Shown here in pieces: positions 31,478 to 43,400 of a stretch of 64,000 nt of DNA (positions are counted from its first letter, which is position 1; each line of letters begins with the position of its first letter). This stretch comes from Gammaproteobacteria bacterium (lineage in GTDB: Bacteria; Pseudomonadota; Gammaproteobacteria; Arenicellales; Poriferihabitantaceae): contig JAUILZ010000003.1 of assembly GCA_030432755.1 (NCBI GenBank), positions 195,863-259,862 on the forward strand. Reading direction: 5' to 3'. A program made the translations under genes and the position numbers. The notes under the pieces were generated by a model. That model searched no databases and was not told the origin of the DNA. It saw only the letters and a list, made by a program, of their open reading frames with translations.

Positions 31478-34400
31478 CTACAGACTGGACAACTTGTCGC
31501 CGTCCAGTTCGCGCGGCTCCTGGTTGTCGATGATCAGGTCCGGCTCAATGTCGATGATCGATTCCTCGTCTACCGGCATGCACTCGTCGTTCTGCTCGTA
31601 GAGGCTCACGCCGTTGCAGTGATCCTCCTCCGGCCGGATCTCGAACCAGGAGGGATCGATGCGGCCCACCACGCTGCCGCCGGCGATATCGCGGTAGGCC
31701 GGGTCGTGGATGATCCCGGGAATGAACAGGTCGGAGGACAGGTCCGGCAGGCCGCGGAAGAACAGGCCGTCGAAGAACTGCGAGATATCGAGGCCACGGG
31801 CGAATCCGCTCGGGAATACCCAGGCATTCGCCGCCCGGTAGTTACCGGTGATGTAGGCCACCAGTTCGGCCTGGTAGATCGACACGTCGCCGCCGATGTT
31901 GAAGCGTACCGGGCCGCCGGGGTTGCCGATCCGGCCGCGGCTCGACCACAGGCTCGCATCCGCCGGAGTGATGATGACGCCCGAGCCGGCGATGTTATCC
32001 CCCGCCAGCAGGCTCACCCGGTCCCTGGCGGACTGGATGGTGGTACCGATGTTGATGGTACGCGCGCCGCCCACCGCGCCGGGACCGAAGCCGCCGTCCA
32101 CCGCCGCGAGGTTGACCTCGCCCTGGCCGTAGATACCGGAGCCGCCGAGGCTGAGCGCGCCATAGGCGTTGAGCGAGATATCCCCGGCCGCGCTGATCCG
32201 TCCCGTGGTGCTGAGATTGCCGAGCGCGGCGATGTCGATCCAGCCGGTGGTGTTGATGTTCCCCAGCGCGAGCGGCGTGGCGTCGACGAAGCGCAGGTTG
32301 TTGACCAGCCCGTTCGGGCTGCCGATGGTGACGTTGCCGTAATACGTGCTGAACTCGCTGTCGAGGTAGATCGAGTTACCGTTGGATACGCGGATGAGCG
32401 AGTTGCCGGCCACGTTCACCGTGCCGGTATCGGTGATATCGCCGTAGGACAGGATCTCCAGCGACTGCACGTTGCTCGCATTGGCGAAATTGGTGCCGCT
32501 ATCTTCCTGGATGATGGCATGCCGGCCGTTGACGGTGAGATCGCCGAAGTTGGTGGAATCCGAGCTGACATCGCCGAGGATGATGTCGTTGCGCGCCTGG
32601 AAGTCACCCAGCATCGGCACGGAAATGCGCGCGCCGGGGATATCCGAGATGCCGCCGGTGATCGCTTCCACGCGCAGGCTGCGGCGGGAAATGGTGTTGC
32701 CGAGGGCGATATCGTTTATATCCACCAGGTGGATGTTGAGACCATCGGAATGCACCGGACCGCGGAAATCGTTGCTGCGGGTATCCAGGGTAATCACGTT
32801 GCTCGCCAGCAGCGTGGTGGTGCCATCTACGGTAGCGGTGCCGACATCGGTGATCGCGCCGGTGATCGCCTCGACGTCGAGATCGCCGCGCGCCGTGGTC
32901 GTGCCTAGAACGATGTCGTTGGCATCCACCAGGGTGATGTTGACGCCGTCGGAATTCACCACCCCGCGGAAGTCATTGCTGCGCGTGTCGAGCACGATAT
33001 CGTGCTCGGCGATGAGGTTGGTCACCAGGTTGACGACCGCATTGCCGACGTCGGTGATGTCGCCCGTGATGGATTTCACGTTGAGCCCGCCGGACGCGCG
33101 GGTGATACCGAGCTCGATGTCGTTCTCGTCCACCAGGGTGATGTCTTCGCCGTTGGCGAAGACCGTGCCCTGGAAGTCGTTGAGCGGGTTGTCGAGCACG
33201 ATGTCGCCGGTGTCGGTGCGGCGGCCGCCGGCGCCCAGGCTGCGCGCGCGCAGCCGGGTTTCGCCAGCCACCAGAGCACCATCGTTGTGGATATAACCGG
33301 GCGCCTCGCCGATCAGCGGTACCGCCACGAGATCCTCCGAGGTGGCCGGGCGGCCGATGTTGTTCGCGGACCAGCCGTCGCTGCCGGTATCCGCGATAAA
33401 GCCGTCGATGGCCCTGACGCTGAGATCGCCGCTGGCCACCGTGGTCTCCAGCAGGATGTCGTTGGCATCCACCAGGGTGATGTTCACCCCGTTGCTGTTG
33501 ACCTCGGCGCGGAAGTCGTTGGTTTCGGTATCGAGCGAGATATCCGTGGCCGCCAGCAGGTAGGTGGGCAGGTTCACCGTGGCGGTGCCGGAATCGGTGA
33601 TCCCGCCGCTGATGGCGTGTACCCGCAGGCCGCCCTGGGCATTGGTGGTGCCGAGATCGATATCGTTGGTGTCGACGAGTGCGATATCCTCGCCGTCGCT
33701 GTTGACCGACCCCATGAAATCGTTGAGGACATTATCAAGCGTGATGTCGCCCTTGTCGGTGTACGCGCCGGCGTCGATGCCGTCCACGGTTTCCGCGAGC
33801 AGGTAGGTCGCGCCCGTCACCAGCGCGCCGGCACCGGTTTCGGTGTCGGTGATATGGCCGTCCTTGCTGGTCACGTCCAGGTCGCCGTCGGCCACCGAGG
33901 TACCAAGGGCGATGTCGTTGGCGTCCACCAGTACGATGTCCTCGCCGTCGCTGTTGACCTCGCCCTGGAAGTCGTTGAGGACGTTGTCGAGGACGATATC
34001 ACCCCTGTCGGTCACCGATGCGGTATCGATGCCGTCCACCGTTTCCGCCAGCAGGTTGGTGGTGCCCGCAACGAGAGCGCCGCTACCGGTCTCGGTGTCG
34101 CTGATATGGCCATCCACCGAGGTGACGTTGAGATCGCCGTCCGCCACGGTGGTGCCGAGGGCGATGTCGTTGGCGTCCGCCAGGGTGATAGTGACACCGT
34201 CGGAATTCACCTCGCCCATGAAGTCGTTGGCGCGGGTATCCAGGATGATGTCGCCGGTGGCCAGCAGGTTGGTGGTGCCGCCGATGGAGGCCGCGCCGAC
34301 ATCCGTGATGGTGCCGTCGAGCGCGGTGACGTTGAAGTCACCGGTGGTGACGGAGTCGCCCAGCAGGATGCTGTTGGCATCCACCAGGGTGGTGTTCACC

Positions 34401-37400
34401 GCGTCCGAGTCCACCCGGCCCTGGTAGTCGTTGACGACATTGTCGAGAACGATGTCGGCCACCGCGCCGAGGTCCGAGTCGCCGGTTACCAGCAGCGATG
34501 CGGCCGGGTCATCGGTGATGCTGCCATCGCTCCTGAGGCGCAGTGTCGCCGCGGTGTTCGCGCCGGCGAGCAGCATGTCATCGTCCTCGCTGATATCCAC
34601 CGTGTCGCCGGTGAAGGTCAGGCTGCCGAAGCGGACGTCGTCCGCGGGCTGGTCGCCGAGGACGATATCATTGCCATTGGAGTCGAACTCCGCGTTGCCC
34701 GTCACCAGGAGGCTGGAGCCTTCCACGTCGGTGATGTTCGCCGCATTCACGTCAAGGTCGAAACCTGCCGTAACGTTGCGCAGGGCGATGTCCCGTGGCG
34801 TGGCAGCGGTGAAGCCAAAGGAATCGAGGTCGACGAAACCATTTGGCGCGATGGCGTCGACGTAGCCCAGAGACCAGAGGTCGGTGTCGATGTTGGCGCC
34901 AGCCTCGAGGATAACGTTGTTGGCGAGGATATTGAGATCCGCGCCGTTGCTGTCGACGATGGAGCCATCCGCGATGAGGGTAACGTTGCCGTTCACCGCG
35001 TCCGGAGGGATTCCGCCGGCCAGTTCCAGGTTCAGGTCGCCATCGATTTCCTCCACCCGGGCGGAGCCACCGGTGGTATCGGCATCGGTGTTCAGCAATG
35101 CGTTCAGGTTTCCGCCCTGCAGGTCGATACGGACAGGGGCGTCGTCCGCGCCGATATTGCCGTCGGCGGTGGCGAGGTCGATCTCCCGCGAACGAACGAC
35201 ATGACTGCCGGAGGGCTGCAGGATGTTGCCTACCACGTCGATATCGGTGAGGCCGCTGCTGTTGAGCAGGTTGCCCGCCAGGGTAACGTCGGTGTCCTGT
35301 GATGCGTCGACGGCGATCAGGCCCTCGGCATTACCAAGTTCCACCACGTCGATGGAGTCGTACTCGTCGGTCTGGACATCGGTATCGCTGTTGATCCGGA
35401 TCTGCGTCTCGGGCGCGGTATCGATGTCGATCAGGCCGAGCTGCAGGTCGAATGCGGAGTCGTTGTTGATCTCGACGTGGGAATAGCCGCCCAGCGCGGA
35501 CAGCGTACCGTCCCCGGTGAGCCAGCCGGACGCGGGCTCCGGACCCTCGATGACGATGGTGCCGGGCCGGTGGACGATGTCCGGGATGATGATCGTATTG
35601 CCCACGGTGACCGGCACGAAACCCGCCCAGTCACCATCGCCGTAGGCCAGGTTGACCGTATTGCCGTCCGGCAGGATGCGGTCGATGTCGACACCGATGT
35701 TGCTGATATCCACGGTAACGTTACCGTCGGCATCGATATCGATGAAGTAGTTCTCGATGCCGGACTGGACATTGCCGGTGATGTTGAGCGCGGCATTGTC
35801 CGCCACCTGGATGTCCACCGAGGACAGGCCGGCGACATCGCCGTTGATTTCGTAGTTGGCGGCGCCGCCGTCGGTGGCGTTGCCGAGGCCGAGACGTAGA
35901 TCGCCCGAGGCGATGACGTCGCCGATATCCACCCCGCCGCTGCTACCCGCGAGCGGTGCCAGGTCGAGGAAGATATTGCCATGGGCAAAGGCGTCCACCA
36001 CCGCGTCGATCACGCCGTCCGGGAAGAGGTTGAGCGTCAGATAGTCGCCCGACGTACCGATGGAACCGTCGTAGGCACGGCCGTCGAAGTCGTGGGTCTC
36101 GATGATCGCCGCGGAGCCGCTGCTGAGGATATCGCCGCCGACACTGGAGACGAATACCGAGCCGGCGTTGCCTTCCACGTTCTCCTCGCTGTCCACGAGG
36201 TCGGTGAAGGTGATATTGCCCGTGCCCTCGCCGAAGATCTGGATGCGGCGATCGCCTTCTGCCTGGGTGATGGTCAGCATATTGAGCGCGCCGGCTCCCG
36301 CACCGTTCGTACCACCGAATACCGTCGCCGGATCCGTCGAGTAGTCGTTCAGGCGATTGAAGAAGTTGACCGCGCCATTGCGATTCGCCGAGTAGTCACC
36401 GATGGCAGGGCCTGCCTGGTTCTCTGCGTTGATCAGGAATTCCGGCAATGCGCTGCCCGGGTCCGCGAGGATGATGCGGCCGATTTCGAGATTGGCGTCG
36501 GTAAGATTGACGATCTTCACATAGGGGAAGATGTTGCTGTATTGCAGCGTCCCCTGGTTGAGCGCGTAACCATTCGGGTTGGAGACCCCGTTCCTTTCTT
36601 CGTGGCTAGCGGTAATACCAACGCCGTCTTCGAAGTCGTAGCTGTAAGCCGGCGCCGGTGAATAGATGCGTACCCTGCCCACCTGGTCCTTGACCAGGTC
36701 GTCTACCACGATATTGCCGGCGGCATCGTAGCTGGCGGTAATCTCTCCCGAGATGGTCTCGATACGACCGTCGGCATGGATCAGCAGCTCCTGGCCCACG
36801 CTGTCCAGCATCACTATGGTGCCGTCGATGCGGTTGTAGGCGTTGGCGCTCGAGGACCAGCCAAAGGTGTTCGGGTCGATCAATCCACTATTGGTGTCAC
36901 TGACCGCGCGCACCTGGGTCGCGCTGCTAATCACCGATTCGAAATTGACGTCGTAGGTATGAATCTCGGCGGTGTCCTCGAAATCCACCAGTGTATCGAG
37001 ATCCGCAACCGTCTTCGCGTTCTGCGTCCCCGTGTCGAACGCCACGCTGCCACCCTTGTGGGTCCTGGACTCGATGCGGCCATCCACGCCGTCGGCAATG
37101 TCATCCAGGCGCGCGATCAGGTCCACCTGGTTGCGCCCGGTGAGACGCGAGCCAGCCTCGACGTTTACACGGGTATCCGAATCGACATCAGAGATGGCGT
37201 CCACGGTAATACCCGAGCCGAAGCCGTTGACATGGGCGTAGGCATCCGAGTAGGCGCGCAACTGCGTGGTGCGGCTGTCGAGCAATACGTCGTCGGCGCT
37301 GACGGCAGCATTCGTGCCGACGTTGACGTCGTTCGTGCTGTTGATATCCACGCGTGAATAAGGCACCACGGATGGGATCGCGAAGGCCCCGGCGGTGCTG

Positions 37401-40400
37401 TCGGCGTCGGAGTCCCCCTGCACCGCGGTGGTGGCGCGAATGGTGACATTGGCAGAGCCGCCATCCTGGCTCTGGGCTACCAGCGTGGTGCCTTCGCCGA
37501 TGCCGGCGTCGACGTCGGTGGTGATATCGGTGGTGGCGCGTGCCCCGTAACCAGCAACGGCGCCGTAGCCCGATCCAGTTCCGGTGGCTTCGCCCCGGGC
37601 GCTGCCGTAGGCATCGAAATTGATATTGCCTCCGCTGACGATACGCGTGTTGTCGCCAGCCGAGGCGTTCACCTGTCCGCCCGCTTCACCGAGAACTGTC
37701 GGGTTGTCGAAGTCCGTGCGCGCGAACTCGACCATGTCGGTCACCGCGACAAGATTACTCGGCGGCGGGCCACCCTCGATCCGCACCAGCGAGATATTCC
37801 CCGGGGTGTTCCAGTTCGCGATATAGGTGATCTCGCCAAAATCACTGTCGAGTTCCGTCGGCGCGTCGTCGACGATGATGTTGATATTCGCACCGTCGAC
37901 TTCGATACCGGCCTCGAACGTCCTGCCGGCCTCCGGACCTTCGAGGACATAGGCGCCGAGTACGGTGCCGTCCTCCACCAGCATCACGTCGTAAACGGTA
38001 CCATCGAAATCAACTGCCGCCACCAGGTACTCCACGGCTGGTGCGCCCAACGGGGAATCCTCTCCCAGGGGATAGATCCTGCCCTCCGGATCGGTATAGG
38101 GCACGTAGTAGCCAGGCCCAATGAAAATTTGCTCGTACCGGTAGAGAGATTCTCCACCCACATCATCAACGTCGACGTAGTAACTACTGCCATCACCGAC
38201 TGCGTACAGGCGGTCGCCTTCGGGGGTAAATTGTGGTACCGGGTAGTTCACCGTGACGACCGGATACTCGATGGTCTGGCCGCCAATAACGGACTCGGTG
38301 CTGACCGAACCGCCCGCGCCGGCGCCGCCCGCCTGGCCGGTCGCGCTGCTGTCAGCAACGGCATGCCGCTGCGCGATCACGTCGACGTTCCCGGTGGCGG
38401 TTATGGAGTTGCGGTCGCCGAACCCTGCCACCACGGTGGGACTGGTGAGCGCCCGGACCCGTGACCCCGACGCGCCGACGAAACCGTTGGCGCTGACATT
38501 GGTGTCCGCGAATACGCCCTTGCCGGCGATGGCATTGCCGTTCTCGTCGACGTTGGCCCGCGCCTTGAGCAGGATATTGCCCGCCTGCAGGGTAACGTCG
38601 TCGCCTGTCTCGGCGTTGAGCAGCAGCGTGCCGGTCGCCTGGATGCGGGAATCCTCGCCGCCGGAATCCGCCACCGCGACAAAGCCGCCATTATTGGCCT
38701 CGGAGTCCACGTCGACCACGTGCCGGCCGGCGGCCAGCAGGGTGATGTCACTGCCTGTCACGACCGTGCTGTCATCATCGATCTTCGCGTCAACGTCCAC
38801 TATCGAGGTACCGCGGGTATTGGACACGCCCACGGCGACGAAGCCGCCATTGTCGACGTCACTGCGCGCACGCACGTCGCTGTCGCCATCCGCGAGCACG
38901 CGCAGGGTGCCACCGTTGGTCACCGTGTTGTTCGTGCCGATCACCGCACGCGCGGTGACATCCGCCTCTGCTACCGCCGCCGCGGTGCTGACCTCGATCA
39001 CGCCGCCGCCGGTGGAGACGGATTCCACGTCCACCTCGCTGTCTGCTTCGGCCTCCACGCGCATGTTCTCCGCGGTGGCGATGGTGTTGTCGGCGCCGGT
39101 TTCCGCCACCACCGTGGTGGTGCCGGTTGCGCTGACGCCGCCGGAGTTGACGGAGATCGCACCGCCGCCCGTGGTCCTGGAATCGGCCCGGTAGGTATTG
39201 TCTCCACGCGCCTCTACAGCGAAGTTGCGCGCCGACAGGACCACGTCGTCACCCAGGGTCGCGCTGGTGCTGAGATCCGAGGTCGCGGATGCGCCACCCA
39301 CGTTGACGCTGACGGCGCCTCCTCCGGCATTGACGACGGCGATTCGCGCCACCTGGGTTGCTTCCGTGCTGACCTCGGCGCGGTCGGTGACCGTAATTTC
39401 AGCGTCGTCTCCGATGGCGGCATTGGCACTGACGCTGGCGACCACGTTCGCACTCGAGGTATTCACGCCGACGATGCCGCCACCTTCCGCGCGCGCGGTG
39501 GGATTGTTGATGTCCTGCCCCGGGTTGGCGTCGTTGTAGGCAAGCGCATTCACCGTCAGTGAACCGGCGTCGAGGTTAATCCCGGCGCCAACCGAGGCAT
39601 CCACGTTCATCGTGGCGTTCACGTTCGCGGCGGACTGGTTGACGCTGACGAGCCCTCCGCCCGGCGACGTGACCTGCGTGTTCGCCACCTGGTGCGCCTC
39701 CGCGAGGACCTCCACTGCGCCGTCGACATCAATGAGGACATCGTCATCCGAGTTGTCGGCGATGATCGCGTCGGTGTCGCTGGTGGCATGGGCCGTGACG
39801 CCGCCGGCATTGATGGAGATCCCGCCGCCACCGGCGCTGCTCATGTCCATCGACGCGGCATTGTCGGAGTCCGCGTCCACCAGCAGGCTGCCCGCCTGTA
39901 CCGCCACGTCTTCACCGATGCGCGCGAGGCTGGTGGCATTGGAGTTCGCGCCGCCGGCACCGGCATTGACGCTGATGGCGCCGCCGCCCGCGGAATTCAC
40001 CACCGTGTTGGCGCGCTGGAAGAGATCACTGCTCACGGTCACCGCGGCATCGGCGATCACTTCGGCGTCGTCGTCCACTTCGGCGGTGACGTTGCCGGTG
40101 GCGATCGCGTTACCGCCCGCGCCGTTACCGCTGATGGCGCCGCCGCCGCTGGATTCCATGTTCACGTTCACGCGGTTGTCGCCATCCGCATCCACCAGCA
40201 GTGAGCCGGCGTCGATACTGGCCTGCTCGCCCACCCGGCCGAGAACGGTCAGGGTCGAGGTGGTTGTGCCGGTGCCTGCATTGATGCTGATGCCGCCGGC
40301 GCCGCTGGTATTGCTGAACAGGTTGACCAGTTGCGTACCGTCAGCGGTGACCTCCACCGGTCCCGTGGCGTTCACGGTGGCGGAATCGTCGATCACGGCA

Positions 40401-43400
40401 TTCACCGTGGCGGTGGCATTGACTTCGCCGCCGCCGCCATTGCCGCTCAGCACGCCGCCACCGGCGGACAGCACGGTCACATCGTCCAGGCTGGAGCCCG
40501 GGTTCGCGCGGTTGATGCCAATGGCATCCACCGCCACGCTGCCGGCGTCCACCTCGGCGCCCTGGCCGATGCGCGCGTTCACCGTGTCGTCGGCGTCGAC
40601 CGTGGCCAGGGCGGCATTGACGCTGACCCCGCCGCCGCCGGCGCTGGAAACGTCCGCCTGCGCGTCCTGGATACCCCTGGCGGTCACCGCCAGCGCATCG
40701 TCGACATTGACGATGGCGTCGTCAGCGATCTCCGAGGTGATCTCCGCCGTAGCGTCCACCAGCACGCCGCCACCGTTGACGCTGACGACGCCACCGCCCC
40801 CGGATATGGAATTGCCGGTCACCGCGTGGTTGGCGTCACCGCTGGCATTGGCACGGTTGGCGGTGACCGCGAGGCTTTCGGCGCCCAGCGTGGCCTGGCC
40901 GAGCCGTGCGTTGACGCGCGAAACCGAAACCGCTTCCACGCCGTTGCCGTTGATGCTGAGTCCGCCGCCGCCGGCCGCGATGGCCTCCGCGTATACGTCC
41001 AGTTCGGAATCCGCGACGATTTCGGCATCCCCCGTCAGGGTCACGATGGCGTCGTCGAGCACTTCGGCATTGATCGTGGAGTCCGCATAGGCGTAACCGC
41101 CCGCGCCCTGGACGCTGCCGATCCCGCCGCCGCCGGACAGGGTCCTGGCGGTCACCTCGCCGATCTCGGTGGCTTCCACCAGCAGGTCGCGGCCGGCGAG
41201 GTCCGCGCCGCCGTCCACCGCGGCATCCACGTTGGTGAGACTGCTCGCATCGGTGATGTTGACGTTCACCGCCACCCCGCCGATGCTGAGGCCGATAGCG
41301 GGGTCGTCGCCCTCGTTGGAAACCACGGCGACCGAGGTGCTGTCTGCGTGGGCGTCCACGGCAATGTCTTCCTCGGCCCGGATCACCGACTCCTCGCCGA
41401 TCAGCGCGTCTACATCCGACTCGACGTAAGACGCGGTGCCACTACCGGTAACGCCCACCAGGCCACCGGTCACCGCGATGGTGTTGGCCTGGACATCCTG
41501 AGTCGAAGTGGCGACCACGCTCACGTTATCGACCCCCCCGGCACCAGCCGGCGGCGCGCCGATGCGGCTGCCGATGCCGGTATGGGCGGAAACGGTGGCG
41601 CGGGAATCCGCCTGGCTGTAGGAACCGCCCACCGCCACGCCGCCGACGGCGATATTGACTATCTGGGAATCGAGATAGTGCTCCTGATCGGCCTCGATCA
41701 ACACGTCATTGGCGGTGTCGATGCGCGCGCCGCTGGCGAGGTAGGCCTCGGTGGTGCTGCTGCGATTCTGCACCGCCACCGCCGCGCCGATGCCGACGAT
41801 GCCCCCGCCACCGGCCGCCGCATAGACACGGGACGGCGCCAGGGCGGGATCATGACCATCGGTGGCGCGAATGGTGACATCGTTACCCGCGTTGATCACG
41901 CTACCGACACCGGAATGGGCGGTGGTGTGATCGGTGACGGAGACGACGCCGACCCCGGCGCCGACGCCCGCGATACCGCCCACGCCGACGCCGCCGGAGA
42001 AGACGAAGGTATCCGTGGTGTTGTCCGCGCTAACGTTGACGTCGCGGCCCGCGTCGATGACGGCATCGCCGCCGATCCAGGCATGGGTGCCCGATTCCGG
42101 CGCCGGCGTGCTGGCCGAAAACTTGCTGGTTACGCCATTGCCCGCGGTGGTGCTGGTGAGGCTGGCATAGGCCTGTCCCGCGAACTGGTCGCGCGCGCTG
42201 GTCGGACTGCCCTCGTTAACGACCAGCAGGTTCTGGCCGCCGTCGCCGTTGACCGGGTTGCCAAGGAAATCCTGGTCGAGGTTGTTGATGTCGTAGTTTT
42301 CCTTCTCTTCCTCGGGGATGTCGTCGCCGTTTTCATCCTTGCCATTGCGCACCATCTGCAGCGCGGTTTCCTGCTCACCGTCGATGGCGCCGCCGATCAC
42401 GACCACGGAGACCGCGCCGCCCACGCCCACCTTGCCGGCGCCGCCGACGCCCACGGTGACCGAAGTGACGTCCTTCGCCGAGTCGGCGAGAACCAGGATG
42501 TCGCGCCCGGCGCTTACGCTGGCGTTATCACCAATCCATGCATTGGTGGAATTGTTGACCACGTTCACGTCCACACCGGCGCCGACCCCGACCACACCGC
42601 CGATCCCGAGCGCCGCGTCGACGCTGAACAATTGCATCGTATCCGTGGCGGCGACAGTGACGTCCTGGTTCGCGCTGGCGTAGCTGTCGTCCTGGTTGAT
42701 GTCCACGTTGTCGCCGATATATGCCTCGGTGGTGTTCTCGACCACCTTGACGCCGATACCGCCCTGGGCGGCCACCGTGCCGGCACCACCGCCGGCGGCG
42801 GCGATATCGAACAGTTGCACGACGTTGTCCGCGCGCACGCCCAGCGCGCCGCTGCTGTTCACCGTGCTGTCGCCGTCGATCCTGGCGCGAACGGTGTTGT
42901 TGGTGGTGACCACGTTGGCCGCGACGCCGACGGCCGCGGTACCGGCGCCGGAGATGCCGCCGCTGAGGAGGTCGACGTTGGTGCGTTCGCGCGCCGCGAC
43001 AGCGACATCGCCGCCGGTATTGACCGTGGTGTCAGTAAGGTAGGCCTCGGTGGTGCTTTCGGAAACCAGCACACCGGCGGACGCGGCAACGCCGACGTTG
43101 CTGCCAACGCCAACCCCGATCATCAGGCTGCCGAATTCGTTGGAAGAATCGGCACGCACGCCCACACTGCCGTTGGCGTCCACCGCGCTTCGGACGATGC
43201 CGGCGCGGGTGACCTTGTCGTTGACATTGACGCTGCCAGTGACCCCGACACCGACACCGCCGGTGCTGCCGGCCAGCGCCCCGCCATAGGTATTGGCCAC
43301 GGTGTGATTGCCGGCATTGACGCGCACCGCTTGCTCCGCGCCGCCTGCCGCCGCGGACTGGTTCACGGCGGAATCGGCGATGACGGCATTCACCTCGCTG

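Noticed and set aside
31340-32150. Contact-dependent inhibition (CdiA-CT / CdiI) interpretation of the TPS locus.
   Set aside because: No VENN-type pretoxin motif was seen and no small immunity-like ORF lies after the stop. The downstream gene is a cupin enzyme. A novel toxin domain cannot be fully excluded without profile searches.
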